A stretch of 64,000 bases of DNA, taken from contig CAYSSU010000002.1 of the NCBI GenBank assembly GCA_964433895.1, positions 47,822 through 111,821 of the forward strand. Reading direction: 5' to 3'. Made by a program: the position numbers and the translations under genes. Under the pieces are notes generated by a model. That model had not been told where the DNA came from and did not search any database. It saw only the letters and a program-made list of their open reading frames with translations. This document shows, in pieces, positions 17,687-27,041 of the stretch. This stretch comes from an uncultured Prevotella sp. GTDB taxonomy: Bacteria; Bacteroidota; Bacteroidia; Bacteroidales; Bacteroidaceae. Each line of letters starts with the position of its first letter. Positions within the stretch are counted from its first letter, which is position 1.

Positions 17687-19035
17687 TTGTTAAACAGATT
17701 TTCTATTTTTTTTAGATTGAATTTATTGCTGAACACCATTACTGAGTCTCCGGCATTTATCTGTGTATTGCCGGTAACAAGTATTCCTTCACTGTCACGT
17801 ACCAGTCCACCTATTGTCACTCCATGTGGCAGCCCTAAATCTTTAACAAGTTTCTTTGTTATTTTGCTACCTTCTTGAGGAATGAATTCTGCAACATCAG
17901 CATTGGCATTCATCAGAAATCTCATATTGTGTACATTGGCATCAAGCATCATCTGATATATATGACTTGCAGCAATGGTCTTCTTATTGATAATGGTGCC
18001 TATGTCAAGACTTTCAGCCATAGGAACATAGTCTACGTTCTCAACCATGGCAACAGTCTTTCTAACGCCAAGTCGCTTGGCTGTCAGGCATGCTAGAATA
18101 TTAGTTTCTGCATTTCCTGTGAGTGCCACGAAAGCCTGAGTATTCTTTATACCTTCTTCTACGAGTAAAGGCACATCACGCCCATCGCCATGAATAATCA
18201 GAGTAGAGTCATTGTCCATAAGGTCATTTAGGCGCTCACATCTGTGTTCGTCAATTTCGATAATCTTCACATCCATATATTCCGGCATTGTCTTTACTGC
18301 TCTGACTGCGGTTTTGCCTCCTCCCATTATCATGACGTTTTTCACGTCAACATAATGTTCCTTTCCAACAATCTTACGTATATATGGTATGTATTGGCGT
18401 GTTGTCATGAAGTATGCCATGTCATATAGTTTAAGTTCATCATTGCCACCGGGGATAATTGTATCTCCACCACGCTTGATAGCTACTATATGAAATGGGT
18501 CATTCTCACCGCTTACATCTTTCAGAGGCTGATTCAGAATTTCACATGTTTCGCGAAGTTTTATGCCAAGCATAACCAAAGCTCCGTCATGTACATCCCA
18601 TCTTTGGCGTACCCAACTCATTTTTAGACCGTTGTTGATGTCCTGAGCGGCTAGCATTTCTGGATAGATGATACTGCTTATTCCAAGCTTATTGAAAAAT
18701 TCAGTGAGTTCGGGAGCTATATATTCAGCATTGTCTATCTTCGCTACAGTTTTTTTTGTGCCTAAAGCCTTTGCAAGTGTGCATCCTGTCATATTCTTGC
18801 TTTCATCAGGAGTTACAGCAATGAATAGGTCAGCTTGTTCGGCACCTGCATCTTTCAGAGCCTTTATACTGGTGCATGAAGCGTTTATTGTCATCAGGTC
18901 AAAATCGGCACCAATGTTTTCAATTCTTTCCTCACATTCGTCCATGAGCACAATATCCTGATTGCGTCTTGACAAAAGTTTTGCCAAATATGTTCCAATG
19001 GCATAAGCCCCCGCTATAATGATTTTCATATTCAA
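17680..19035 (-). CDS. trkA: Trk system potassium uptake protein TrkA
   Basis: 451 aa with two Rossmann NAD-binding repeats (IIIAGAYAIG..., VMIMGGGKTA...) and RCK C-domains. Overlaps the trkH start by 7 nt. Confidence 0.92.
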   Translation of the reverse strand: MNMKIIIAGAYAIGTYLAKLLSRRNQDIVLMDECEERIENIGADFDLMTINASCTSIKALKDAGAEQADLFIAVTPDESKNMTGCTLAKALGTKKTVAKIDNAEYIAPELTEFFNKLGISSIIYPEMLAAQDINNGLKMSWVRQRWDVHDGALVMLGIKLRETCEILNQPLKDVSGENDPFHIVAIKRGGDTIIPGGNDELKLYDMAYFMTTRQYIPYIRKIVGKEHYVDVKNVMIMGGGKTAVRAVKTMPEYMDVKIIEIDEHRCERLNDLMDNDSTLIIHGDGRDVPLLVEEGIKNTQAFVALTGNAETNILACLTAKRLGVRKTVAMVENVDYVPMAESLDIGTIINKKTIAASHIYQMMLDANVHNMRFLMNANADVAEFIPQEGSKITKKLVKDLGLPHGVTIGGLVRDSEGILVTGNTQINAGDSVMVFSNKFNLKKIENLFNKC

Positions 19036-20916
19036 TTAATTTATGATAGACAGTCTGATACTTTCATTGTCCAGACCAACAATCTGTCTTAATTCGTCTA
19101 TGGTTCCGTGTTCCACGAATTCGTCAGGTAGTCCCAGACGCTTTATTGTAGGAGTATATCCGTGGTCTGACATCCATTCAAGAACAGCACTACCCATACC
19201 TCCGTTTCTCACTCCGTCTTCAACGGTGATAATCTTTTGATATTTTTCTGCTACCTCTTTAAGTATATTGTTGTCAAGAGGCTTCAGAAATCTCATGTCA
19301 TAGTGTGCAGCTTCAGGAATGTCTTTTACCACATCGGCAACATCATTGCCAATCGGACCTATTGTTAAGACGGCAATATTTGTGCCATCTTTGAGTTTTC
19401 TGCCTGTACCTATTTCTATTTCTTCAAAATCACAATGCCAGTCTGTAAGTACTCCGCGTCCACGGGGATAGCGTATCACGAATGTTCCCTTACCCGGTAA
19501 TTGGGCTGTATACATAAGTTTTCTCAGTTCATGCTCATCCATAGGACTGGCGATTGTTAGATTTGGTATAGGACGCAATGCCGCCATATCGAAAGCCCCA
19601 TGATGTGTAGGTCCATCTTGCCCGACAAGTCCGGCGCGGTCAAGGCATAATACTACCGGTAGGTTGAGTATTGCCAGGTCATGAATAATATTGTCGTATG
19701 CCCGTTGTGCAAAAGCACTGTATATGTTGCAGAATGGCAGCAAACCGTCTTTTGCCATACCGCCAGAGAATGTTACCGCATGTTCTTCGGCAATGCCTAC
19801 ATCAAATACTCTGGTTGGCATCTCTTTTTGCATTATATTCATAGAGCAACCTGTGGGCATAGCTGGTGTTACGCCTACTATTTCTGTATTCTGTCTTGCC
19901 AGTTCCAAAAGAGTCTTTCCGAATACTTCCTGAAATTTAGGAGGCATATTCGTACAGTCTTGAATTTCGCGTTCTCCAGTTTCTGCATCAAACTTGCCGG
20001 GAGCATGCCACACGGTTGCGCTTCTTTCTGCAGGTTCGTACCCTTTGCCTTTTGTAGTATGCAGATGTAGAAGTTTGGGACCTTTCATGTTTTTGAGTTG
20101 TCTCAGTACACGAACCACTTCTTTAACATCGTGTCCGTCAAAAGGTCCAAAGTAACGGATGTTCATGCCTTCAAATATATTCTGCTGATGGCTTAAGGCA
20201 CTCTTCAGGGCATTGTTTAATCTTATTATGCCTTTGCGTCGGTTTTCATTTAGATAACCTTTTTGATGAAGCCATGTAGAAGCCTTGAACCGCAACTTGT
20301 TGTAGGTTTCGTTTGTGTCAAGATTAAGCAGATATTTTTCCATACCTCCTACGGCATGGTCGATAGACATATCATTATCATTGAGTATTATCAGAAGGTC
20401 ATTAGGAGTGCTAGACACATTATTAAGTCCTTCAAAGGCAAGTCCGCCACTCATGGCTCCGTCACCAATTACTGCAACGACATGACGTGATGGTCCTGTC
20501 TGGTCAAATCTGGCAGCTACTGCCATACCCAAAGCCGCAGATATTGAATTGCTTGCATGTCCACAGGTAAATGTATCATATTCACTTTCCAATGGAGTAG
20601 GAAATGGGCGAATACCTTTCAACTTGCGGTTAGTGCAAAACTTATCTCTACGGCCTGTAAGAATCTTGTGCCCGTAAGCCTGATGCCCAACGTCCCATAC
20701 AATACGGTCTTCTGGAGTGTTAAAAACGTAATGCAAAGCAACTGTGATTTCAACAACACCTAGGGATGACGCAAAATGACCGGGGTTCACGCTCACTTCG
20801 TCAATGATGTCTTCGCGTAGTTCTTTGCATATTTCCGGCAGTTGCTCAACGTTCAGCTTTCTAAGGTCGGCTGGGTATTTAATATTACTTAAAAGTCCAA
20901 ATTTCTTTTTATTCAT
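19036..20916 (-). CDS. dxs: 1-deoxy-D-xylulose-5-phosphate synthase
   Basis: TPP motif [31 protein letters not shown], transketolase-like C-terminus. Start set at ATG 20916 ([21 protein letters not shown]) because the -7 box at 20942-20949 lies inside the longer ORF. The stop abuts the trkA start. Confidence 0.93.
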   Translation of the reverse strand: MNKKKFGLLSNIKYPADLRKLNVEQLPEICKELREDIIDEVSVNPGHFASSLGVVEITVALHYVFNTPEDRIVWDVGHQAYGHKILTGRRDKFCTNRKLKGIRPFPTPLESEYDTFTCGHASNSISAALGMAVAARFDQTGPSRHVVAVIGDGAMSGGLAFEGLNNVSSTPNDLLIILNDNDMSIDHAVGGMEKYLLNLDTNETYNKLRFKASTWLHQKGYLNENRRKGIIRLNNALKSALSHQQNIFEGMNIRYFGPFDGHDVKEVVRVLRQLKNMKGPKLLHLHTTKGKGYEPAERSATVWHAPGKFDAETGEREIQDCTNMPPKFQEVFGKTLLELARQNTEIVGVTPAMPTGCSMNIMQKEMPTRVFDVGIAEEHAVTFSGGMAKDGLLPFCNIYSAFAQRAYDNIIHDLAILNLPVVLCLDRAGLVGQDGPTHHGAFDMAALRPIPNLTIASPMDEHELRKLMYTAQLPGKGTFVIRYPRGRGVLTDWHCDFEEIEIGTGRKLKDGTNIAVLTIGPIGNDVADVVKDIPEAAHYDMRFLKPLDNNILKEVAEKYQKIITVEDGVRNGGMGSAVLEWMSDHGYTPTIKRLGLPDEFVEHGTIDELRQIVGLDNESIRLSIIN

Positions 20917-20941
20917 CAACACTCGTGTATGATTATGGGGG

Positions 20942-20949
20942 CAAAGGTA
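20942..20949 (-). promoter_or_regulatory. -7 box TACCTTTG with TTTG 19 nt upstream (at the end of a T10 run)
   Basis: Lies 25 nt upstream of ATG 20916 on the minus strand. Confidence 0.6.
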
Positions 20950-21012
20950 CTTTAAAATAAGATAAGAACAAAAAAAAACACTAAAAAACTTGTTATGTTT
21001 CTTTTTTATTCC

Positions 21013-21020
21013 TATCTTTG
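21013..21020 (+). promoter_or_regulatory. -7 promoter box TATCTTTG
   Basis: Lies 32 nt upstream of ATG 21053. Confidence 0.6.
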
Positions 21021-21052
21021 TCATTAGAAAAACATTTTAAACAATTAACATT

Positions 21053-21595
21053 ATGAAAGAACTGAAAGGAACAAAGACAGAGAAAAACCTGCAGGATGCT
21101 TTTGCAGGTGAGTCACAGGCTCGTAACAAGTACACTTATTATGCATCTAAAGCAAAAAAAGACGGATATGAGCAAATTGCTGCCTTGTTTGAGGAAACTG
21201 CCGGCAATGAGAAAGAACATGCAAAAATGTGGTTCAAACATCTTAATGGTGGTTGCATAAAAGATACTGTGTCAAATCTTAAGGATGCTGCAAATGGTGA
21301 AAACTTTGAATGGACTGATATGTATGCCCGTATGGCTAAAGAGGCTCATGAAGAAGGTTTTGAAGATATAGCCAAGGAGTTTGAACTTGTTGGTGCAATA
21401 GAAAAGCATCACGAGGAGCGTTATCTTAAGTTGTTGAAGAATATAGAAGAAGGTGTTGTGTTCTCACGTGACGGTGATCGCATTTGGAAGTGTCGTAATT
21501 GTGGACATATTGTTATAGGTCCGGAAGCTCCTGATGTTTGTCCTACTTGCAAGCATCCCAAAAGCTATTTCGAAATCAGCGCAGAAAATTATTAA
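21053..21595 (+). CDS. rbr: Rubrerythrin
   Basis: 180 aa. Ferritin-like di-iron ExxH motifs ([18 protein letters not shown]) plus a C-terminal rubredoxin CxxC...CxxC (CRNCGH...CPTCKHPK). Confidence 0.93.
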   Translation: MKELKGTKTEKNLQDAFAGESQARNKYTYYASKAKKDGYEQIAALFEETAGNEKEHAKMWFKHLNGGCIKDTVSNLKDAANGENFEWTDMYARMAKEAHEEGFEDIAKEFELVGAIEKHHEERYLKLLKNIEEGVVFSRDGDRIWKCRNCGHIVIGPEAPDVCPTCKHPKSYFEISAENY

Positions 21596-21596
21596 T

Positions 21597-22292
21597 TTAA
21601 ACGTATTGGAGCACTTCTTTGAAGTGCTCTATTTTTATAAGATTGTCGTGTTCCAATTCTTCGCTTTTCTCCATCTTCCATACTATACTGAAAGGTATGT
21701 GTATAGCCGTAGCACCTATATTCAGTGCCGGTGCACAATCTGATTTGAAAGAATTGCCTATCATAAGAAGTTCTTCGGGGCGTATGCCGTAGTTGTGGCA
21801 CATACGCATAAATTCATCTTCAGTCTTGTCTGATACTATTACAACATCATCAAAGTAACCACGAAGACCGCTCCTTTTCAGTTTGTTTTCCTGATCTTGC
21901 AGTTCTCCTTTTGTGAACACAACGAGTTGAAAATACTTCTTTTCTTTAATTTTGTTCAATAGTTTCAGTGTGTCTTCTACTTCTGGTAATGGAGTCGTTG
22001 GGAATGAAAGCAGGCTATTGCCTAATTTCATTATAGAGCCTATGGTGTTGCCTTTTACTTTTCCGCTACTTATTTTCACGGCATTTTCTATCAGTGAAAG
22101 AGTAAAAGCCTTACTTCCAAAACCAAGACTAGGCATATTCTTGGTTTCTGTCTTAAATAGTTCTGCTGATACTGTTTTTGCTTCTGCAAAATCTTTCAGA
22201 AGTGCACAGTATTTTTCTTCTACACGGTCAAAATGAGATTGGCAGTCCCAAAGAGTATCATCAGCATCAATGGCTATTACTTTATAATTCAT
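21597..22292 (-). CDS. HAD-superfamily hydrolase
   Basis: 231 aa. Motif I IAIDADDTLW, motif II VVFTKG, C-terminal MIGNSFKSD acidic motif. The stop lies 1 nt from the rbr stop (convergent). Confidence 0.75.
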   Translation of the reverse strand: MNYKVIAIDADDTLWDCQSHFDRVEEKYCALLKDFAEAKTVSAELFKTETKNMPSLGFGSKAFTLSLIENAVKISSGKVKGNTIGSIMKLGNSLLSFPTTPLPEVEDTLKLLNKIKEKKYFQLVVFTKGELQDQENKLKRSGLRGYFDDVVIVSDKTEDEFMRMCHNYGIRPEELLMIGNSFKSDCAPALNIGATAIHIPFSIVWKMEKSEELEHDNLIKIEHFKEVLQYV

Positions 22293-22306
22293 GTCTTTAT
22301 ATAGTA

Positions 22307-22328
22307 GGGGCGTGATAAATCACGCCCC
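22307..22328 (-). terminator. Intrinsic terminator downstream of the acyl-CoA dehydrogenase gene
   Basis: GGGGCGTGA-TAAA-TCACGCCCC, a perfect 9-bp GC-rich stem 11 nt after the stop at 22339. Confidence 0.7.
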
Positions 22329-22338
22329 TTGAATCTAT

Positions 22339-24057
22339 TTATTCGTTGGCATCTGCTGCTGCAAATGCGTTGAGATCTTCTACGTTGAAGTTCTGAATGT
22401 AAGCACTCTTTCCTATAACGTCTTCTTCTGTCATACGTACATATACGTTTGCACTCTTGGCAAAAAGTTCAGGAGCACGTGTAGCATCATCAATGATGAG
22501 CAGACTCATTACGATTTCTGCAGTCATATCATAGAGACGACGTCCCATGAAGTCATGTACGCTCTGATTTCCGCTTTCTTTCACCTTATTAATTGCGGTT
22601 TCAAGCATGTCAACAAGTTTGGCAACACGAGTCTTCAGTGGCTGCATATCTGCAGAAACTTCCTTACTCAGCATTTCCTTGATGATGTTCATGTAAGTGC
22701 CATTGGTGATGTAGCGAATAGCGGCTACAACCTGCAACTGTGTAGTACCCTCATAGATTGAGAATATGCGTGCGTCACGGAACAGGCGCTGAGACTTGTA
22801 TTCCATGATAAAACCAGAACCTCCGTGAATGCTGATTGCATCGTAAGCATTCTGGTTGGCATATTCAGAGTTCATACCTTTTGCCATAGGAGTAAATGCA
22901 TCAGCAAGACGAGTGTATTTCTTCATTTCCTGACGCTCCTCTGGTGTGAGCTTTGTGTCGCGTGCAATGTCTTCAAGTGACTTGTAGATATCTACGTAAC
23001 GGGCTGTCTGATAAAGCAGAGAACGACCGGCATCCAACTTTGCTTTCATACGTGAAAGCATATCGTAAACAGCAGGGAAGTTGATAATCTTCTGTCCGAA
23101 CTGTGCGCGTTCTTTGGCGTACGCCAAACCTTCATTGTATGCTTCCTGCTCAACGCCAACACTTTGTGCTGCAATGCCCAGACGGGCACCGTTCATAAGA
23201 GCCATTACATATTTGATAAGACCCAAACGGGTGCTTCCGCAAAGTTCAGCCTTGGCATTCTTGTAAACAAGTTCGCAAGTAGGAGAACCGTGAATACCGA
23301 GCTTGTTCTCAATGTGGCGTACTGTAACACCACCGTCACGCTTGTCATATATGAACATAGACAAACCGCGACCGTCGTGTGTACCTTCTTCTGAACGTGC
23401 CAGAACCAAGTGAATGTCAGAGTCACCATTGGTGATGAAACGCTTCACGCCGTTAAGTCTCCATGTGCCGTCTGCATCTTGTGTGGCCTTCAGCATAACG
23501 CGCTGTAAGTCAGAACCTGCGTCAGGTTCTGTCAAGTCCATAGACATAGTCTCACCTGCACATACACGTGGAATATATTTCTGGCACTGTTCTTTGGAAC
23601 CGAATTCATACAGTGTATCTATACAGCTTTGCAGAGACCATACATTCTGGAAACCTGCGTCTGCGGCAGAGATAATCTCACTGGCCATAGAGAATATGGC
23701 ATTAGGCAAGTTGAGACCGCCATATTGGCGAGGCATTGATATACCGTGAAGTCCGGCTTTGCGTGTGGCATCAAGATTTTCGAATGTCTTGCTGGCATAA
23801 ATCATGCGTCCGTTCTCCAAATGAGGACCTTCCTGGTCTACGCTTTCAGAGTTTGGCTCTATGATGTTTGCAGCCACATCACCTGTAATGTCTAACAGGC
23901 GTTTGTAGTTCTCGATGGCATCCTCATAGTTTACAGGAGCATCTTCAAATTTATCTTTCTCAACGTAGTTGCGCTCTTTCAAGTCAACAACACGCTTCAT
24001 CTCAGGATGGTTCAGATAGAACGCAATCTCAGGATGATCTGTATAATAGTTTGCCAT
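22339..24057 (-). CDS. Acyl-CoA dehydrogenase (long form)
   Basis: 572 aa. ACAD middle and C-terminal domain motifs (MSMDLTEPDAGSDL, KRFITNGD, IYEGTTQLQ). Lies immediately downstream of etfB-etfA. Confidence 0.88.
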   Translation of the reverse strand: MANYYTDHPEIAFYLNHPEMKRVVDLKERNYVEKDKFEDAPVNYEDAIENYKRLLDITGDVAANIIEPNSESVDQEGPHLENGRMIYASKTFENLDATRKAGLHGISMPRQYGGLNLPNAIFSMASEIISAADAGFQNVWSLQSCIDTLYEFGSKEQCQKYIPRVCAGETMSMDLTEPDAGSDLQRVMLKATQDADGTWRLNGVKRFITNGDSDIHLVLARSEEGTHDGRGLSMFIYDKRDGGVTVRHIENKLGIHGSPTCELVYKNAKAELCGSTRLGLIKYVMALMNGARLGIAAQSVGVEQEAYNEGLAYAKERAQFGQKIINFPAVYDMLSRMKAKLDAGRSLLYQTARYVDIYKSLEDIARDTKLTPEERQEMKKYTRLADAFTPMAKGMNSEYANQNAYDAISIHGGSGFIMEYKSQRLFRDARIFSIYEGTTQLQVVAAIRYITNGTYMNIIKEMLSKEVSADMQPLKTRVAKLVDMLETAINKVKESGNQSVHDFMGRRLYDMTAEIVMSLLIIDDATRAPELFAKSANVYVRMTEEDVIGKSAYIQNFNVEDLNAFAAADANE

Positions 24058-24061
24058 GATT

Positions 24062-25084
24062 TTATTTGCTATTCTGTTTGTAATACTTAATCAGCTTAGG
24101 AACTACTTCCTCTACTGTGCCATTGATAACATAGTCTGCAATCTTGTTGATTGGTGCCTCTGGATCATTGTTTATAGAAATGATAATACCGGAATCCTGC
24201 ATACCTGCAATGTGCTGTATCTGACCTGAGATACCGCATGCAATGTAAACTTTAGGATGAACGGTTACTCCGGTCTGACCAATCTGACGGTCATGGTCTA
24301 CCCAACCTGCATCTACAGCGGCACGGCTGGCACCAACTTCACCATGAAGTAATTTGGCTAGTTCGAAGAGCTGTTTGAAACCTTCTTTACTTCCTACACC
24401 GTAACCACCGGCTACAACGATAGGACTACCTTTAAGATTGTGCTTGGCTGCCTCTACGTGATGGTCAAGAACCTTAACCGCAAAGTCTTCTGTAGGTACA
24501 TACTTGTTTACATCCATGTAAACAACTTCGCTTTTGGCTTTGCCTTCGTAGAGTGCCTTCTGCATAACGCCTGAACGCACTGTTGCCATCTGTGGGCGAT
24601 GTTCCGGGTTTACGATAGTTGCAACGATGTTGCCACCGAATGCCGGACGAATCTGGTAGAGCAGACCGTCATAATGGTTGCCGCTCTTCTTGTCGTCGTA
24701 ATCGCCAATCTCCAGTTCTGTACAGTCAGCCGTAAGACCACTTGTAAGTGAAGAAGAAACCCTAGGACCAAGGTCGCGACCTATAACAGTGGCGCCCATA
24801 AGTGCTATCTGTGGCTTTTCCTCTTTGAAAAGATTAACAAGAATGTCTGTATGAGGAGCTGAAGTGTAAGGGAACAAACCCTCAGCGTCAAATACAAAAA
24901 GTTTATCTACACCATAAGGAAGAATCTGAGCTTCTATATTTCCTTTTATGCCTGTACCAGCAACAATGGCATTCAGCTCTACGCCCTGCTCGTTGGCAAG
25001 TTTGCGTCCTTTGGTGAGCAATTCCTGAGATACCTCGGCAACAGTAGTGCCTTCAACCTCGCAATAAACAAATACGTTGTTCAT
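24062..25084 (-). CDS. etfA: Electron transfer flavoprotein subunit alpha
   Basis: 340 aa. FAD-binding C-terminus VYIACGISGQIQHIAGM. Confidence 0.92.
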   Translation of the reverse strand: MNNVFVYCEVEGTTVAEVSQELLTKGRKLANEQGVELNAIVAGTGIKGNIEAQILPYGVDKLFVFDAEGLFPYTSAPHTDILVNLFKEEKPQIALMGATVIGRDLGPRVSSSLTSGLTADCTELEIGDYDDKKSGNHYDGLLYQIRPAFGGNIVATIVNPEHRPQMATVRSGVMQKALYEGKAKSEVVYMDVNKYVPTEDFAVKVLDHHVEAAKHNLKGSPIVVAGGYGVGSKEGFKQLFELAKLLHGEVGASRAAVDAGWVDHDRQIGQTGVTVHPKVYIACGISGQIQHIAGMQDSGIIISINNDPEAPINKIADYVINGTVEEVVPKLIKYYKQNSK

Positions 25085-25104
25085 AAAACTACTACTATTT
25101 TAAA

Positions 25105-25974
25105 TTAACCGATGATACTTTCGTCCAACAACTCTTTCACCAGACCATCAATGTCGGCATCTGAGCCTGTGAGGGTCTTGCTTTCCTTAGCTTGGAACAC
25201 GATACTCTTTACAGCCTTGACCTTGGTAGGAGAACCAGACAGACCGCACTGCTGTGCATCACCGTCTACATCGGCTACGCTCCATTGATTCAATGTTAGG
25301 TATGGGCGCTCATTATAAAGCTCAGTCCAAGGTTCATCGCCTTTTCGCTCCATCGGACAAGTTGCATATTTATACTTCATCACGAGTTTTGCGTTACATG
25401 GACGACATGGAGCCGCACTTCCGTTTACAGTTATTACAACTGGCAGAGGAGCCACTACAGTCTCAACACCACCATCGATATGTCTGCGAATAGTAGCCTT
25501 GCTGTCTTCAACTTTAAGTATTTCTTCAGCGTATGTAACCTGGTTCAATCCTAGCTTTTGAGCTACCTGAGGACCAACCTGGGCTGTATCACCATCAATA
25601 GCCTGGCGGCCACCAATAACGATGTCTACCTTGCCAATCTTTTTGATACCAGTGGCAAGAGCATAAGATGTAGCAAGTGTATCAGCACCGGCAAAGAGAC
25701 GGTCGGTAAGTAACCAACCGGTATCAGCACCGCGATATAGTCCCTGGCGGATGATTTCACCTGCGCGTGGAGGACCCATGGTCAATACTCCAACTGTAGA
25801 ACCCGGATTCTGCTCCTTCAGGCGAAGAGCCTGCTCCAGAGCATTCAAATCTTCAGGATTGAAAATTGCAGGAAGTGCGGCACGGTTTACTGTGCCTTCT
25901 GCGGTCATCGCATCCTTTCCCACATTTCGTGTGTCAGGTACTTGTTTGGCAAGTACTACGATTTTCAGTTTCAT
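25105..25974 (-). CDS. etfB: Electron transfer flavoprotein subunit beta
   Basis: 289 aa. MKLKIVVLAKQVPD N-terminus, GRQAIDGDTAQVGPQVA. Confidence 0.92.
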   Translation of the reverse strand: MKLKIVVLAKQVPDTRNVGKDAMTAEGTVNRAALPAIFNPEDLNALEQALRLKEQNPGSTVGVLTMGPPRAGEIIRQGLYRGADTGWLLTDRLFAGADTLATSYALATGIKKIGKVDIVIGGRQAIDGDTAQVGPQVAQKLGLNQVTYAEEILKVEDSKATIRRHIDGGVETVVAPLPVVITVNGSAAPCRPCNAKLVMKYKYATCPMERKGDEPWTELYNERPYLTLNQWSVADVDGDAQQCGLSGSPTKVKAVKSIVFQAKESKTLTGSDADIDGLVKELLDESIIG

Positions 25975-26017
25975 AAATTATAATATATAATTGTGTTGTT
26001 TGTTTCGAAATCGGTCG

Positions 26018-26025
26018 CAAAATTA
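26018..26025 (-). promoter_or_regulatory. -7 promoter box TAATTTTG for etfB-etfA-acd
   Basis: Lies 43 nt upstream of ATG 25974 on the minus strand. Confidence 0.55.
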
Positions 26026-26280
26026 CCAAATTTTTACTTCTAAACCAAATAAATTGCACAAAAACGAATTTTACGTGCACATTATTGCCTTTTTGTGCAA
26101 TAATTGATATGGTGTATTTTTCGATTGCCAAACTATTATCTAATGCTGCCTAATACATTATTATATAGGATGCTTCTAATTATCTATTGTGGAGCTTAAT
26201 ATGCTTTCAGTTGGCACGATGCTTTTATGTTGTGCGTTATGTATGCTACTATTCTATTTGGTATAAGAATGCACTTCTTA

Positions 26281-26320
26281 CAAAACAAAAGCACCATGCA
26301 AAAATGAATTTGCATGATGC
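26281..26320 (-). terminator. Intrinsic terminator downstream of the lipoprotein gene
   Basis: Stem GCATCATGCAAA / TTTGCATGGTGC (26291-26320), followed on the minus strand by TTTTGTTTTG. Confidence 0.7.
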
Positions 26321-26352
26321 CCTTGAGCTTTTATGAATATTGTTAAATCTGC

Positions 26353-26871
26353 TTATTTTGTGCGGAAGAATCTCTTTGGTCTCTGAGGTGAACCTGTTGA
26401 TCTCCAACTTTGATTATAAGTATAATTATTCCAGTTTGGTGAGGATGTATGTTGAAGGGTGAAGTCCACTTTTTCGCTTCCGTAATAGATTCTTCCCTTG
26501 AAATAATTATCGTTAATGCTGTAGTCACCTATTGATATGTTTGTATTTTCTTCTACAAAATGAATATAGATGATTTTATTTTTTACTTCCCATGTAATGT
26601 GATTTGCCACATAGTCGGTACCCCAACTTGAATTATCATAGTAGTCAACCCAGTATCCTGTGCCGTTGGCATAGGCATAAGGATCTTCTGAGAAGCAAAT
26701 TTCGGAATAAGTGGCATCATAAACCTGATTGTTGTAACTTGAAGAAACGTACATGTTTCCTTTCCAAGTTCCCTCCAAAGTGTCTGCAATGTTACCGTCA
26801 TCACAAGATGAAAGCGATAGTGATGTGAGTGCTGTAAGTAGCATCGTCATTATAGATATGAACTTTTTCAT
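26353..26871 (-). CDS. Lipoprotein, function unknown
   Basis: 172 aa. Lipobox signal MKKFISIMTMLLTALTSLSLSSC. Tyr/Trp/Asn-rich beta-type sequence. Confidence 0.7.
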   Translation of the reverse strand: MKKFISIMTMLLTALTSLSLSSCDDGNIADTLEGTWKGNMYVSSSYNNQVYDATYSEICFSEDPYAYANGTGYWVDYYDNSSWGTDYVANHITWEVKNKIIYIHFVEENTNISIGDYSINDNYFKGRIYYGSEKVDFTLQHTSSPNWNNYTYNQSWRSTGSPQRPKRFFRTK

Positions 26872-26919
26872 AATTTTATCGTTTTGTTGTTTTTATAAAT
26901 TTCGTGAATTAATTGTGTG

Positions 26920-26927
26920 CAAAATTA
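26920..26927 (-). promoter_or_regulatory. -7 promoter box TAATTTTG
   Basis: Lies 48 nt upstream of ATG 26871 on the minus strand. Confidence 0.5.
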
Positions 26928-27024
26928 ATATAAATTATCAGTAATAGCAAGTCTTTTTTGATTAAATTTATTATGCGACTTGTTTTTGTAAGTTTAAATT
27001 GTTGAATGATGGAAATATTTTTTG

Positions 27025-27032
27025 TATCTTTG
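27025..27032 (+). promoter_or_regulatory. -7 promoter box TATCTTTG (very short or leaderless dnaG mRNA)
   Basis: Lies only 9 nt upstream of ATG 27042. Confidence 0.5.
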
Positions 27033-27041
27033 TAACCGGTT

